IMG/VR virus record: IMGVR_UViG_3300047311_000253
Span: 2,373 to 66,372 of that record
Origin: a virus
Direction: 5' to 3' (one strand)
DNA length: 64,000 nucleotides
A model generated the notes under the pieces. It was not told the origin of the DNA. It searched no databases and worked only from the letters and a program-made list of their open reading frames with translations. The first letter of the stretch is position 1. Each line of letters opens with the position of its first letter. This document shows positions 56,230 to 64,000 of this stretch, in pieces. The translations under genes and the position numbers were made by a program.

Positions 56230-56774
56230 TAGGTCGGTCCCCATTGTACAAATGTTACGTCTTGCGGAAACCATTCCGCAAGAGCTTGGATGACATCTGC
56301 AGGAAGTATATCTATTAATGGCTTAATAGATTCAGGCGGCGGACGATGGAAGTCTTTCTCTTTTTCCAACAACTGATTCAAACGATTACGCTGCGATGGC
56401 GTCAAAACATCAGGATGATTTCCGAGAAAACATAATTCTTTCCATTCCTTTTCATTAAAAGGCGTCTCAAATAATACATTGCCATCGGCAGCCACAACGA
56501 TACGATAGGGAGTACATGTTACGCCATTATCTATAGAAATAAAGAAATGATTACCCGGAAATAGCCCTATATTTACACCAATAGGAAGCACACCACCATC
56601 TTCGGTCCACGTGTAATGCCATTCGCAAGTCCCATTCATGGCTTTCCGCAGCTTATATAACATATCTTGGCCAACTTCGTGCCAGCAGCAGTCTGCTGCG
56701 CCCCATCTATAATGGGTGTTCGACGGCCCATCAACCATATCACACATCCTCATCGCAGACGCAAGGTTGGGCAA
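56229..56774 (-). CDS. AT-rich hypothetical protein (moron)
   Basis: Low-GC insert; start uncertain. Confidence 0.45.
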   Translation of the reverse strand: MPNLASAMRMCDMVDGPSNTHYRWGAADCCWHEVGQDMLYKLRKAMNGTCEWHYTWTEDGGVLPIGVNIGLFPGNHFFISIDNGVTCTPYRIVVAADGNVLFETPFNEKEWKELCFLGNHPDVLTPSQRNRLNQLLEKEKDFHRPPPESIKPLIDILPADVIQALAEWFPQDVTFVQWGPT

Positions 56775-56946
56775 AGCCTGATCGCAGGTTAGAAGGGGTC
56801 ACGCTCTGCAATTCTTTGCCGCAATCGCATTGACAGCGCCATCTCTCGCACTTCGTTGCCGCATGATAACCAGAGACTTCAACAACAGTAAGCCGTCCGA
56901 ATCGCATGCCCGGCTCAATTTGTTTTGGTCCACGTCGAATGGGCAT
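56740..56946 (-). CDS. Stand-alone homing-endonuclease-type DNA-binding module (possible remnant)
   Basis: G.RFGRLTV...W.C.CDCG...LRSG....C.C. Confidence 0.55.
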   Translation of the reverse strand: MPIRRGPKQIEPGMRFGRLTVVEVSGYHAATKCERWRCQCDCGKELQSVTPSNLRSGFAQPCVCDEDV

Positions 56947-57153
56947 AAATGCGCGCCTTCTATAAAATTACGAGCATTTTATTATTTCGCCACGGTCATG
57001 CTCAGGACCGGCGAGGACCACCTAAGTGCTGTGCTCTGCGGACAACCAGCTAGGCCGACTAAAGCTTCGCCTTCAACGCCCAAGCTTGCACAAATACCTT
57101 TGGTCACGCTCCAAAGGCTTTTTCGGACTCCTCTTGACCAAACTGCTATCGCC

Positions 57154-57720
57154 TCACATCAATCCGCCCAGCATACCGGTCTGCTGTGTAGGCATCGGCG
57201 GCTGCGGTGTGGACGACGGGGGTGCCTGCGGCTGCCCGATCTGCATGGGCGGTGCCTGTCCAGGCTGTTGCTGCCGGCGCATCGCCGCCCATTTGGCAAA
57301 GTCGTTGGGATTGCTCATCATTGCCTGTAGCGGATTCTGCCCGCCCATGAGGGCGCCGCCGAACTTGGCCATCATCGGGTTGCCGGCGCCCCCCATCATT
57401 CCCCCCGGATGGTTCTGCTGCCATTGGCTGAATGCGGAATCGACCTTCTGGCCGATGGGGGATGCGTTGAACTTATCCATGAGGCCGCCCCCACCCATGC
57501 TGCCGAGCAGCATGGACAGCGGATTGCCGCCACCACCCGGGGCACCGCCACCGCCAGGCTGCGCCGGCACCCCTCCCTGCTGCGCCGGGCCCCCTGCCGG
57601 AGGACTGGCCCCAAAGCCACCCATTGACGGGGCCACAGGAGGCTTCGGCGCCATCGATTGATTGGGCTGGGACCATGCGCCCCAGGCGCTCGGGTTGAAG
57701 AATCCGGTGAAGTCGGGCAT
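57154..57720 (-). CDS. Gly/Pro/Gln/Met-rich putative internal virion protein
   Basis: Low-complexity ORF among the ejection genes. Confidence 0.6.
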   Translation of the reverse strand: MPDFTGFFNPSAWGAWSQPNQSMAPKPPVAPSMGGFGASPPAGGPAQQGGVPAQPGGGGAPGGGGNPLSMLLGSMGGGGLMDKFNASPIGQKVDSAFSQWQQNHPGGMMGGAGNPMMAKFGGALMGGQNPLQAMMSNPNDFAKWAAMRRQQQPGQAPPMQIGQPQAPPSSTPQPPMPTQQTGMLGGLM

Positions 57721-57721
57721 G

Positions 57722-58024
57722 TCAGGACCGCCTATTTAGTTTGAGGTTGATTTTTACTAAATCTTCTAATCCGGAATAATCCTGGTTTGGGATGGGTGGG
57801 ATATGCATCCAAAGCGTTATCTGCTGGGGGCACGTCTCCAAATCATCAACTTGATATTCACCATGTTGAGATGCTATAATTACCCATCGTTTGTGACCAA
57901 GTCTTTTATTCTGCCGCTGATAATAACAGAATGCCGGTTCCCATCCCCACTGTAAGACAAGAAAGGTATTACCATCTTTCGGAGCCGTACTTGTCGGGCG
58001 CCATTTTAATTTTTTAATTTTCAT
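57722..58024 (-). CDS. AT-rich DUF551-like protein (moron)
   Basis: W.P..TAPKDG..FL...T.WM.IP..P. Confidence 0.6.
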   Translation of the reverse strand: MKIKKLKWRPTSTAPKDGNTFLVLQWGWEPAFCYYQRQNKRLGHKRWVIIASQHGEYQVDDLETCPQQITLWMHIPPIPNQDYSGLEDLVKINLKLNRRS

Positions 58025-58025
58025 A

Positions 58026-59111
58026 TTATGCCGCCAAGTCGGCCAACATTCCTATCCTACGGGAGCGCCTTGTGGCAAGATCATAATTCACCGCCTTATA
58101 CCCACCGATCTCCCCGACCGCTTCCGGCCGGTCGCGCTCGATCTCCTGGGCGATAAGGCCGATGCGCGGGGTTTCGTCGCCTTTGTATTTGTAGCTATAA
58201 ACATTTGTGCCGTCATAAAGCTCGCCGACCGGCTGGATGTCTTCCTTCAGGTTGGCGTCGGAGAACATCGAGGCCCCAAGCAATCCCGCCCCAATCGCCG
58301 TATTCTGCCAGGGCTGCTGTTGCGATGTCGTTCCCGTCATGTTTCCCGTTGACTGCCCGCCCAGTTTGGCGATTGGCTCGACCAGCCCTTCCGCCGCGCC
58401 GAGATTGGCCCATGGTAACTGCGCCTGGAGATTTTGGGCCGATAACATCCCGAGCGCCGGTTGGGTGAACAGGCCGGGGATCGAACCAGCCGCACCGATG
58501 CCCTGAATCTGGTTTTGCAGCGCCGCCTCTTGCGCTGCCGTGAGGCCGCTTGCGGTTGATCCAGCCGCCCCGCCGAGCTGATTGATCGCCTGTAATTGGT
58601 TGCCGGTAAGGGTATTGAATTCGTTCGCCAGCAGCCCGCCCTCGCCTTGGGAGAGGCCGCGCGCGAGCGCCTGCGTCATCGACGCATTGGTCCCGACCGG
58701 CCGTCCCGCTGCTGCCGCCTGTCCTTCGATCTGGTTGGTGATGTCCGAATTCATCGTAGACATCGCCTGCTTGAGCGCCGGATTTGTATAGGGGTTCGTG
58801 TAATCAGCGCCCAACATTGGAGACAGCGCGCCCAATTCCTGGCCATAGGCACCGGCCAGCATGCCCTGCTGTGGGTTCGTGTTCGACCCGAACAGGTTAT
58901 TGACCGCCCCCGCCCCAGCCTGCCCGAAGTTCGGCAGCCCAGTGGTGGCATCGATCAGCCCTTGTGTCGCGCCACTCTGTCCCGTGGTCGGGCTGAAATT
59001 GCCAGCGCCAACCTGCTTCAGGATGTTTTTGAGAGCCGGCGCAGACGGCCCCCACGGATTGGTCGTGGACTGCTGCTGTTGGTTTTGAGTCGTTTGAGTT
59101 GTGCCGGACAT
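58026..59111 (-). CDS. Pilot/ejection protein with C-terminal S74-type intramolecular chaperone domain
   Basis: Gln/Gly/Ala-rich; SD..LKE.I, Y.Y.YK, IGLIAQE. Confidence 0.7.
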   Translation of the reverse strand: MSGTTQTTQNQQQQSTTNPWGPSAPALKNILKQVGAGNFSPTTGQSGATQGLIDATTGLPNFGQAGAGAVNNLFGSNTNPQQGMLAGAYGQELGALSPMLGADYTNPYTNPALKQAMSTMNSDITNQIEGQAAAAGRPVGTNASMTQALARGLSQGEGGLLANEFNTLTGNQLQAINQLGGAAGSTASGLTAAQEAALQNQIQGIGAAGSIPGLFTQPALGMLSAQNLQAQLPWANLGAAEGLVEPIAKLGGQSTGNMTGTTSQQQPWQNTAIGAGLLGASMFSDANLKEDIQPVGELYDGTNVYSYKYKGDETPRIGLIAQEIERDRPEAVGEIGGYKAVNYDLATRRSRRIGMLADLAA

Positions 59112-59123
59112 TAGAGCCTCTTT

Positions 59124-59414
59124 TCAATGGCAAAAAACAAACCATGGAATTTGGGTCTTGCAAGGCAGAAAGTGTTCTCGTGTTGTCAAATCGTACCTTG
59201 CCAGCATTTCTTTGATTTCGTCGAGTGACTTTCTTCCTAAATTTGGAATCCCGAGCAATTCCCCGTCGCTTATTTTGGCGATATCTCCAAGCGTATCAAT
59301 TGCGCCGAAGGTCCACCAACCATTACCCTCCAGGTAAGCGGTATTAGATAAACAATGTGCGACCCTGGTACTCCATTCTAACGATCTCCAAGGTATGTCT
59401 TCGTGGCCCATCAC
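59124..59414 (-). CDS. Stand-alone RNA polymerase alpha subunit C-terminal domain
   Basis: LE.STR..HCL...I.TLGD......ELL.IPNLGRKSL.EIK..L. Confidence 0.8.
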   Translation of the reverse strand: MMGHEDIPWRSLEWSTRVAHCLSNTAYLEGNGWWTFGAIDTLGDIAKISDGELLGIPNLGRKSLDEIKEMLARYDLTTREHFLPCKTQIPWFVFCH

Positions 59415-59824
59415 AACCTCTTTTCAAGCATGACCCATCTCTCGTTATAGTCGGGAAAGTATCCCTTCCATCCTTTGCGCCCCTCGATGCGGACGGACAT
59501 ACACCCTTCTGCCTTGGCGTAGGCTTCGACCTTGGCGAGAAGGCCCGCCCAACGATCGAGTTCAACGCCGCCGCATGACGTGATCTGGCACACGATTCCG
59601 CGTGGGGTCTTGATCAGTTTCGTGGTCAGTGCGGCAAGGATAGCGCGATCGTCGCGCTCCCAAACGAGCCATAGGACCGAGGTCTGCGCCTTCAGTTCGG
59701 CCAACACGATGTTCGCATCGTCATCACCCCGTTCACGGGCGAATGCACTCTCGATGAAGCCCCTGGCATGGGGCCAGATGTCCTCGATAGCGACGGGATG
59801 AACGCACACGAGATCACATGCCAT
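59411..59824 (-). CDS. Podovirus tail-region protein (GNAT-like)
   Basis: W......I..A, LWL, GG, AK..GC..V...GR.GW. Confidence 0.6.
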   Translation of the reverse strand: MACDLVCVHPVAIEDIWPHARGFIESAFARERGDDDANIVLAELKAQTSVLWLVWERDDRAILAALTTKLIKTPRGIVCQITSCGGVELDRWAGLLAKVEAYAKAEGCMSVRIEGRKGWKGYFPDYNERWVMLEKRL

Positions 59825-59827
59825 GAA

Positions 59828-60133
59828 TTATCCAAGGACGGCAAAACCAAAGGATTTGTCGACCTGCGCGTTATTGGCATGTGTCAGCACGAATTGCCCC
59901 GTCCCGGCAGCATAGAAAGTCGTAGCAATCGCAGCAGCCGCATTGGCCGTCTGTGGCGAATACAGCACGACGGAACTCGGAGAGCACGTCGGTGCCTTCA
60001 CCGTGGTCGTCGCCGCATTGGCGGTGAGGGTGAATGTCCCCGTGGCATTGGATTTGCCCTGCACCAATTGGCGGATGACATCGACGATCTTGCGAAAGCT
60101 CGTCTCACCTGGGTTGATGTCGAGACCAGCCAT
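59828..60133 (-). CDS. Small tail-associated protein
   Basis: GK.NA.G..TLTA...TT, F..TH.NN. Confidence 0.6.
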   Translation of the reverse strand: MAGLDINPGETSFRKIVDVIRQLVQGKSNATGTFTLTANAATTTVKAPTCSPSSVVLYSPQTANAAAAIATTFYAAGTGQFVLTHANNAQVDKSFGFAVLG

Positions 60134-60137
60134 GCCA

Positions 60138-61835
60138 TCAGTTGCCCTTATCCTGGTAGTGATAGGCGTTCATGGCGGGGAGGGCTCCTATGCCGGCGAT
60201 TCCGTATTTCTTTAGGATGTCGATGAGCTTGTCATCGAAAACGACGAAGTTGCGGGTTGCCGATTGAAGCGGTTCGTCGCTTTTCAGAAGGCGCAGGACT
60301 TCTTGCGGATCGTTCGGGCGATCGTGCCTAAACGGAATGTCCTCACCCTGTCTAGCTGACTTGCGACCGGAAATTCTGCTTTCAAACTGCTTCGCAGCCT
60401 CTGCTCTGTCACCACCATAGAATTTGACGATATCCTGCGCTGCATTGCCGGCGGCCGAATTGTTATGTCCTGGCCGCGACCCCTGATCCAGATACTTGAT
60501 GCCGGGGATGCCGGCATCGCGGAGGAGTTTCGATGCTCGCTCGTCATCAAAAGCGATGCCGCCTCTGCGCACTAGATGCTCGACACTGGCGCTTTGTAGT
60601 TCATCCCATTGTTTCTGGCGCAATTCCTTATTGCCCTTTGGGTAGGAGGCATCGTAGGCTCTTTTGAAAGCATCCCTTACTTTAGGACTCTGCTCACTCA
60701 GCGGCTTGTCCCAGTCCAGGAAGTGTTCGGGATTGGACTTGATGGCGACTTGGTACATGCGGCCGGGATTTTGCATTTTAGGAACTGCACCAACCTCTTG
60801 CCATTCCTTAATCCGATTAGAGGCTTTTTCAATCAAGACACGAGTTGGATGATTTGGGTCGCTGTAGTCGGACGCCTGTTTTATGAGGTGTTGTAGCGCA
60901 CCAGCAAATGTTCCATCCGAATCGACCATCGCTCCTATGGCCGTCTTGCCATATCGATCCGTATTTTCAGTCGAGATTGGTTCCTTTTCTATAGGAGAAT
61001 GGATCGCAATATCTCTCGGCGATAAGGCATTGCGATAATCTCGCGCCACCCCCTCATTCTCAGCAAAATACAACCCATGCCCATAAGCCTGTGCCCCCTC
61101 CCCGGTTCCTATCTTGGAGAGGTCGAACCTATCGAAGTCATGTGGTGAGCCGTGATAGGCGGTGATGAAGTCGGAGAGGGTGCCGGCGGGCTTTTCCTCC
61201 GCTCCACCCTTTAAGACCTGAAACTTGTCGCGTGCGTTATACGGTGCCAGGAAATCGTTCAACCGCGCCAAACTTGCGTCAACGTCTTCCTGCGGGGTGC
61301 CCTTGCCCCCTCCGGGAACGTTCTCGTTTGAGCCCGGCGTATAGGTGTTTTTGGACTTGCCATAGGCGTTGAAGTCTCCAGGGCCTAGTTTGCCTCCAGC
61401 CATCCCCGCCGCCCCCTGCTTCGCAAACGGCAATCCTCCCGTCATTGCCAGATTGGCCACCCCCTGCCCCCGGTCCATGGCTTCCCTGGTAGGCATTCCC
61501 GTCTCGGGGTCAGTGACCTGCATCGCCCCTGTAAGGGCATCCCTTGGCGCTGTGACGGCGCTGGAGAGCTTGTTGGCGTAATAGTTGAAGATGTCCGGTA
61601 GGCCGCTCTGTCGCTCATTGGCCTTGGTGTAGGGTGCCCGCACGCGGGCGGCTGCGGCTTCGGCTGCGTCTTGGGCCTCGGCCGGCTCGTCGAGCCCGAG
61701 CCTTGCCCGGAGCGCGGCGATCACCTCGGGAGGCACTTGCGGCCCCTTGGGCATGGGCGGCTGCGGAGCCTGGCCCGCACCACTGCCCCATGATCCCCAT
61801 GGGGTTGCCGAGAAAAACTGGGAGAAGTCAGCCAT
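60138..61835 (-). CDS. ADP-ribosyltransferase-fold (ART-PolyVal-like) protein
   Basis: AYHGSPHDFD.FD..KIGTGEG.QAYG.GLYFAE, GI.GIKY, NFVVFD; TAATG-coupled start MADFSQ. Confidence 0.7.
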   Translation of the reverse strand: MADFSQFFSATPWGSWGSGAGQAPQPPMPKGPQVPPEVIAALRARLGLDEPAEAQDAAEAAAARVRAPYTKANERQSGLPDIFNYYANKLSSAVTAPRDALTGAMQVTDPETGMPTREAMDRGQGVANLAMTGGLPFAKQGAAGMAGGKLGPGDFNAYGKSKNTYTPGSNENVPGGGKGTPQEDVDASLARLNDFLAPYNARDKFQVLKGGAEEKPAGTLSDFITAYHGSPHDFDRFDLSKIGTGEGAQAYGHGLYFAENEGVARDYRNALSPRDIAIHSPIEKEPISTENTDRYGKTAIGAMVDSDGTFAGALQHLIKQASDYSDPNHPTRVLIEKASNRIKEWQEVGAVPKMQNPGRMYQVAIKSNPEHFLDWDKPLSEQSPKVRDAFKRAYDASYPKGNKELRQKQWDELQSASVEHLVRRGGIAFDDERASKLLRDAGIPGIKYLDQGSRPGHNNSAAGNAAQDIVKFYGGDRAEAAKQFESRISGRKSARQGEDIPFRHDRPNDPQEVLRLLKSDEPLQSATRNFVVFDDKLIDILKKYGIAGIGALPAMNAYHYQDKGN

Positions 61836-63592
61836 TACCTCACCCCATCCAGAACCGATTCCGGCTCGATCCCCATAGCATAGGTCCATGCCGTGCCATA
61901 TGGAATCCTGATCTTGCCCCTGGCGTACCGGGTCGATACCCGTGCGTGAATGTTCCCGGTCGCCGTGATCGCCTGCTCTGCCGAATAGACCCGCACCGCC
62001 TGCAGGTTTTCACGCGACGACACCGATCCATAGACCACGGGCGCATCCGTCGCCGGGCGAAAGCTGCGGATGAAAAGCCTGATTCCGAGGTCGCCCTTTT
62101 CCGAGGACTCCAGCTTGGCTTCAAGGTTAGGCCCATTGAAGAACCCCAGCGCATGAGCGCCATTGAACCCCGCCAACGCCGCCGCAGTCGCGCTCGGATA
62201 GGAGTCGAGCGACGGGATCATGGCGTCCATCGGACCGGCAATGATACCACCAGACGTGTAAGCGCCGACCATATTGGTGGTCAGATCGATATGCGTGCTG
62301 TCATGGATGGCAAGGATGACCTGACCTTCTGTGTTCAGCGCAGCCGGGAGTCCGCCCGTTCCCGTCACCCCAGAAATGTCGATCGCCATCCCGGCCGTAA
62401 GCTGCGTCGGCACAGGAGCGCCATCGGGAGGCGCTGGCATGGCGGGCAGGTTGATTGTTGAAACCGTCAGTCTCACTTTGCCGGTGCCGTTGTTCACCGC
62501 GCCGCTGATCGCGATGGTGGCGGTGGCGATGACATCGAGATTTTCCAGCGTCACCCCAGGCTTTGCCGCCGTCGCAATGTATTCCAGCGACAGCCCAATC
62601 ATCGGCGCCCAGCGCTGGAGCACGTAATCATAGAAAATGATCATATCGATCAGGGCGCGAGAGCCAGAGGTCGACTTGAATGCGAACCCCACTCGCGTCG
62701 AATTTGGATCGGATGTGGCGACGAACAGTTGCGGGTTGGCCGAATCCCATTCCGTCGAGAATGATCGGTCAATTTTCTCCTTCCCGATCGGCTGCGGGAG
62801 TGACCCCGGCGTCAACTGCTGGAAGCCTTGTGCCGAATAGAAAAATATATTCCCACCGGCCTTGGTGAAGGCATAGGGCGAGGCCAAGCCCTGATCTTCG
62901 CAAATGCGGGTGATCTGGAAGATGTAGCTCGATCCCGGCGCATAGGTGAGTTGGCGGATCGTGGTGTCCTGGAAGACGACGCCGTACTCGCCGCCGGCCA
63001 CGCCGCGGACGAGCCCGCCATCAGCGAAGTCCTGAAAATCACTTTGATTCACCCCCGCCGTCCATCCCGTAGTGTCGCCGATCGCCGACCATTGCATGCG
63101 ATAGGGCGTCGACAAAAGCCCCGAGAGCACCACAAACTGCCCGACGATGGTGACATAGGCAGCCTGCGGGGGCGATCCCGCCACGTCCGCAAACGCCGTT
63201 GACGATCCCATAGTGAATTGCTGCAGCGGCACATTCGCCTGGGCCGCCAAGACGATCGAACCAAATTGTGCGAATTGCCAGTTGGCGTTGCCGGACACCG
63301 CCGCATAGCTGCCGGCGCCCTTGGAAACATCCACCCACCCGAAGGTCGAATTGTCCAGCCGGTAGAGCTTGGTCGCCGTGGCCCCAAACACGACGATCGA
63401 GCCATCCGACTTGCGCGCCGAAAAAAAGCCCCGGCACGGACCGGATAACGTCTGGGTGAATGCCTGGTGATCGGAAAATGGCCCATAGCCGTCGCCCCGC
63501 GGGACGACATTGCTTATGACCTGGGATGCGATACCTTCGTAATCGCTCACATCAGGCTTGAATTCGCCGAAGGGGAGGAGGCTATCGGGCAC
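61835..63592 (-). CDS. Tail hub/nozzle (P22 gp10 / T7 gp12-like) protein
   Basis: 585-aa beta-rich ORF after the adaptor; W.F.QFG, WS...D...W, IG..K.D..F. Confidence 0.65.
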   Translation of the reverse strand: MPDSLLPFGEFKPDVSDYEGIASQVISNVVPRGDGYGPFSDHQAFTQTLSGPCRGFFSARKSDGSIVVFGATATKLYRLDNSTFGWVDVSKGAGSYAAVSGNANWQFAQFGSIVLAAQANVPLQQFTMGSSTAFADVAGSPPQAAYVTIVGQFVVLSGLLSTPYRMQWSAIGDTTGWTAGVNQSDFQDFADGGLVRGVAGGEYGVVFQDTTIRQLTYAPGSSYIFQITRICEDQGLASPYAFTKAGGNIFFYSAQGFQQLTPGSLPQPIGKEKIDRSFSTEWDSANPQLFVATSDPNSTRVGFAFKSTSGSRALIDMIIFYDYVLQRWAPMIGLSLEYIATAAKPGVTLENLDVIATATIAISGAVNNGTGKVRLTVSTINLPAMPAPPDGAPVPTQLTAGMAIDISGVTGTGGLPAALNTEGQVILAIHDSTHIDLTTNMVGAYTSGGIIAGPMDAMIPSLDSYPSATAAALAGFNGAHALGFFNGPNLEAKLESSEKGDLGIRLFIRSFRPATDAPVVYGSVSSRENLQAVRVYSAEQAITATGNIHARVSTRYARGKIRIPYGTAWTYAMGIEPESVLDGVR

Positions 63593-63595
63593 GGC

Positions 63596-64000
63596 CTAAA
63601 ACTCCATCGGCGCCATTATGCCGCGACCAACCAGCCTGTTCGTCTGTCCTTTGAGTACATCATATGCTTCGATGGCCAGCCCAAAGAACTTCTGCGCCTC
63701 CTCATCCTCGCGGATCACATGGGCATACAATTCACCCTTCGCACGGCACCGGATCATGCGTTCCGCGATCTGCGTCATCCAGGGGTTGCCTGTCTGGTCG
63801 TCTGTGGTCGGCGGGGCGATCCTCTGATGCGCCGCGATCCGCATCTGGTAAGTCGTGTCCGGCACCGGCCCAAGACGAAGCTGCTCATTGAAATAGGACC
63901 AATTCCAGGGCTGACCCCGCATCAGTCCATTCTGGTTGAGGACTTCGATTTCGGTGTCCGTCCTTCTCGCGATTGGCCATGGGATCGACCCGATGTAGAG
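63596..64000 (-). CDS. Head-tail adaptor protein (5' truncated at window edge)
   Basis: G.P..W.Y....LRL.PVPD..Y, N.W; frame extends upstream of the listed start. Confidence 0.6.
   Translation of the reverse strand, partial: LYIGSIPWPIARRTDTEIEVLNQNGLMRGQPWNWSYFNEQLRLGPVPDTTYQMRIAAHQRIAPPTTDDQTGNPWMTQIAERMIRCRAKGELYAHVIREDEEAQKFFGLAIEAYDVLKGQTNRLVGRGIMAPMEF

Noticed and set aside
1-64000. Alternative genetic code
   Set aside because: Core genes are full length in the standard code and all three stop codons end genes

Overview
The window is most of the genome of a temperate, podovirus-like tailed phage with an N4-gp56-type major capsid protein, a P22-like portal, tail and ejection genes. Gene content suggests an alphaproteobacterial (Hyphomicrobiales-like) host; that is inference. 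No host flanks are visible and gene order is circularly permuted. On the minus strand, cro, replication genes, methyltransferases and a NusG-like gene lead to terS, terL, about 18 kb of accessory and fibre genes, portal, scaffold, capsid and a sugar-modification cluster that runs off the left edge. The adaptor, tail and ejection genes re-enter at the right edge. Main observations: (1) the capsid gene is split by two group I introns with exact U|...G splice sites, P1/P10 pairings and P/Q/R/S core elements, and splicing restores a 368-aa protein; intron 2 encodes an HNH endonuclease and intron 1 carries a diverged piece of capsid-coding sequence. (2) A nucleotide-sugar, transketolase, O-methyltransferase and glycosyltransferase cluster follows the capsid genes. 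(3) Many small genes sit between duplicated copies of the upstream gene's 3' end. (4) A degenerate tmRNA-like RNA lies in the late leader. (5) Other oddities are a histidine phosphatase-HiPIP fusion, a stand-alone RNA polymerase alpha CTD near an ADP-ribosyltransferase-like gene, and peptide motifs shared by unrelated proteins. All calls come from manual motif reading; no database searches were run.
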